A DNA stretch of 64,000 nucleotides, taken from Octopus vulgaris. Taxonomy: Eukaryota. Below are positions 61,560 to 64,000 of this stretch, in pieces (the first letter of the stretch is position 1; each line of letters opens with the position of its first letter). The notes under the pieces are model-generated. The model was not told the DNA's origin. It ran no database searches and saw nothing but the letters and a program-made list of their open reading frames with translations. Location of the stretch: assembly GCA_951406725.2 (NCBI GenBank), contig OX597823.1:5580001-5644000 (forward strand). Reading direction: 5' to 3'. A program made the position numbers and the translations under genes.

Positions 61560-61857
61560 CGAAGGTAAAGAATACATACACCCGGTGTTTAGGGTTAGAG
61601 TTAGGATTAAGGTTAGGATTACGCCAAAACGGGTGGTGTGCGTATTTCTTACCTCCGCAGGCTATCACAATAACAAAAAGTAATGTCCATGTGATTCCAT
61701 CACTCTAATAAGAAGATACTCATCGGAATTCCAACAAGTGTTTACTTCTATCTTACTGTTTATATCCTTGTTTTGGTGAAGATAAAGAATACACACACCA
61801 GGTGTTTAGGGGTTAGGGTAACACCGAAAACGGGTGGTGTGCGTATTCTTTACGTCC
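61560..61857. mobile_element. Two short foldback MITEs with TTAGGG-like loops (61560-61658, 61777-61858)
   Basis: Arms gaaggtaaagaataca(c)acacc / ggtgtgcgtattctttac-tccg enclose ttaggg variants. Confidence 0.7.
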
Positions 61858-62374
61858 GTCCCAAAATGTTTAGCAGCGTTTCCTTCGTCCTTATGTTCCG
61901 AGTTCAAATTACGTTGAAGTCGACTTTGTACAAAATAAGTATCAGTTGAAAACTGGAGTCGATGTAAATTCGAATACACTGCTCCCTTAAAATTTTAGGC
62001 CGTACACATATAGTGGAAAGATTAGTATTAATATTATGGCAGAGGTTCGGAATAGCTATTAGTATCTCACGGGGAAGTAACTGGACACGAAATTGAGTGG
62101 CAAAATGTAAAAACTGAAATTCTAGGGGGAAAAATACGGTAAACTTTTACAATTACACTTGTCTCAGGAGAAGGGGATAATCGCTGATCGGCGGACTTTC
62201 AGAATCTTTTTTTATTACCTTCACAGTGATTACCGTTTTACAAAATTAAATTAGAAAATTGGACAAAACAGAGAACAAAATTGTAAAAATCAGAAAGAAA
62301 AATAAAAGACCAAAACAATTGACCACCTTGGGTTGAAAAGTTGGGGGTGCCGGGAAACCTGTCTAATGGTTATT

Positions 62375-62607
62375 GAGATACACCAGCACACTCGCAGCGT
62401 TGCCGCAAGTGATGGCGAGGTTGATGCGCTGGAATAGCCAAGCGCCCTCACGAGCCTTCACCAGTTACCTCTGCAAGGCGAGTTGCCAGGGAAGACAGGA
62501 ATCCAGCAGTTAGTGGTCTGACTCCCCACCAAAAGTCTTGAACGCCATAGGATGGAAAATGTAGTTGGCCGACAGATAGCGGTATTTCTGGATTTTGTTC
62601 CGCTCGT
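62375..62607 (-). mobile_element. CRE-like non-LTR retrotransposon 3' fragment
   Basis: ERNKIQKYRYLSANYIFHPMAFKTFG, GFLSSLATRLAEVTG, REGAWLFQRINLAITCGNAASVL across frameshifts. Confidence 0.75.
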
Positions 62608-64000
62608 AGAGTAGAATTCCACCGAGAAATCAATCTCAGTTATAAATCAAAATTAAATTTGATCGGTGTATTCTTAATTATGTTCCTAACTTAGACTGCA
62701 TCCGCCATTGCAGAAGAAAACAAATTACTTTTTAGAAGCTGAAAGTAAATTTTGAACATAAACTTATCAGAGTTTACAAATTGGTGACGCGAAAATTGAA
62801 ACAGAATTGCGAAAATAAGAAAGTCAATTTGTTGAGAACGAATCGTCGAAAGTCTGGCTCTACACCGTCAGTAACTAAGATGCACATTAAACGGTGCATT
62901 CTTAATTATGTACAGCTGTAAAATTTTATCCACCTTTGACGCAGACAGTCCCATTTCGTTACTTCGAAAAACATTTCGTAAATTTAATTCGTCTATTTAA
63001 TTTTTATATACCTATATTCATTGTCCACTTATTTATTTTAAATATATCTAATTTTTTAAACTTAAAATTCACCTCTCAATCTTGACTTAACAATTTTTCT
63101 TCGATGTTTTCAAAAAAAGAAACATAAAAATGGCAATATTTCAGTGATTTGGTAAACAAAACAATTCTAACGTTCACTTAAAAAGAAATCTGAAAGAATA
63201 TTTCTAAATATTTCTAAATCATTTATACCACAGCTATTGACCTTGCGAACCCGTCTGTTCAGTAACTTCTAAATTAAAAACGAAATAACCAAAGTAGTTC
63301 AGATCTTCGAATCGTCAACGGTTGTTAGTCACGCTATGATCTAAAAGTTTCCAGACTTCCACTAATATTCAAACTATTTAGATCATCAAATTTTATTCGC
63401 AATTAAAAACAATAACAACTAAAAATACAAATCACACAACAGAAGAACTAAATGTAAGTTTATTATTATTTGCGAATTTTCTGTAAACATAAAAGTAAAG
63501 CTTCTTGCTTGCGTTCGTGACTAACAACTGATACTAATCAGATTCATTATTTGTTAAGGCCGAGTCATCCTTGACCGAACGGACTTATTTATAGTCAAAG
63601 TAATTCAGCCTTGACCACCACTTCTTGAATTTTGGCACAGCTTGTTCATAGTCCTTTTTAATGGATTATAAGATTATAAGATTGGAATATTTGATTATTA
63701 TTTCTAGTAGATCGAACGCAAACAGTCGATTGCTTTAGGGACTCGTTTTCATCGATTGTCAAGTTCGAAAGGGATTTACACACAGTTGTTTGTGTGTGTG
63801 TCTACATGTATACACACACACACACACACACACGTATGTAAACATAGATTGGATGGTCAGTGTCCAGCACCATATCTCCACATTTGTTACTGCCCTTCGT
63901 TAACTCCATGAGATTTCACCTCTTGAGATCCACCTTCTCGCCTAGGAACCCTTCCATCCTTCTCTCTTGCTCACCATTTCTGGTTCCTTTACACTCACTT

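Overview
AT-rich, repeat-dense eukaryotic DNA. The SINE, RTE-LINE and microsatellite content points to a cephalopod, most likely Octopus; this is inferred from memory of those repeat families, not from a search. I can reconstruct one protein-coding gene: calreticulin on the minus strand, with 11 coding exons from 22787 to 8996, all GT-AG introns, 1245 nt and 414 aa. It has a poly(A) signal at about 8495 and a perfect ERSE in its promoter. Unusual points in the gene: it ends in HGGEL instead of KDEL/HDEL, and its acidic tail is split over three exons whose skipping would open the same basic frame as human CALR del52. The rest is mostly transposon-derived: three SINE families, RTE/CR1-L2/CRE LINE remnants, a Penelope-like element, and hAT, Tigger, piggyBac and Helitron non-autonomous elements. 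The main non-genic signals are several short TA-embedded foldback elements with minimal, apparently dimer-dependent hammerhead ribozymes, an unexplained GC-rich multi-stem structure at about 56.35 kb, a duplicated E-box promoter at the left edge, and a second UPR-motif cluster at about 41.9 kb. Almost all other ORFs in the track are repeat or microsatellite artefacts.
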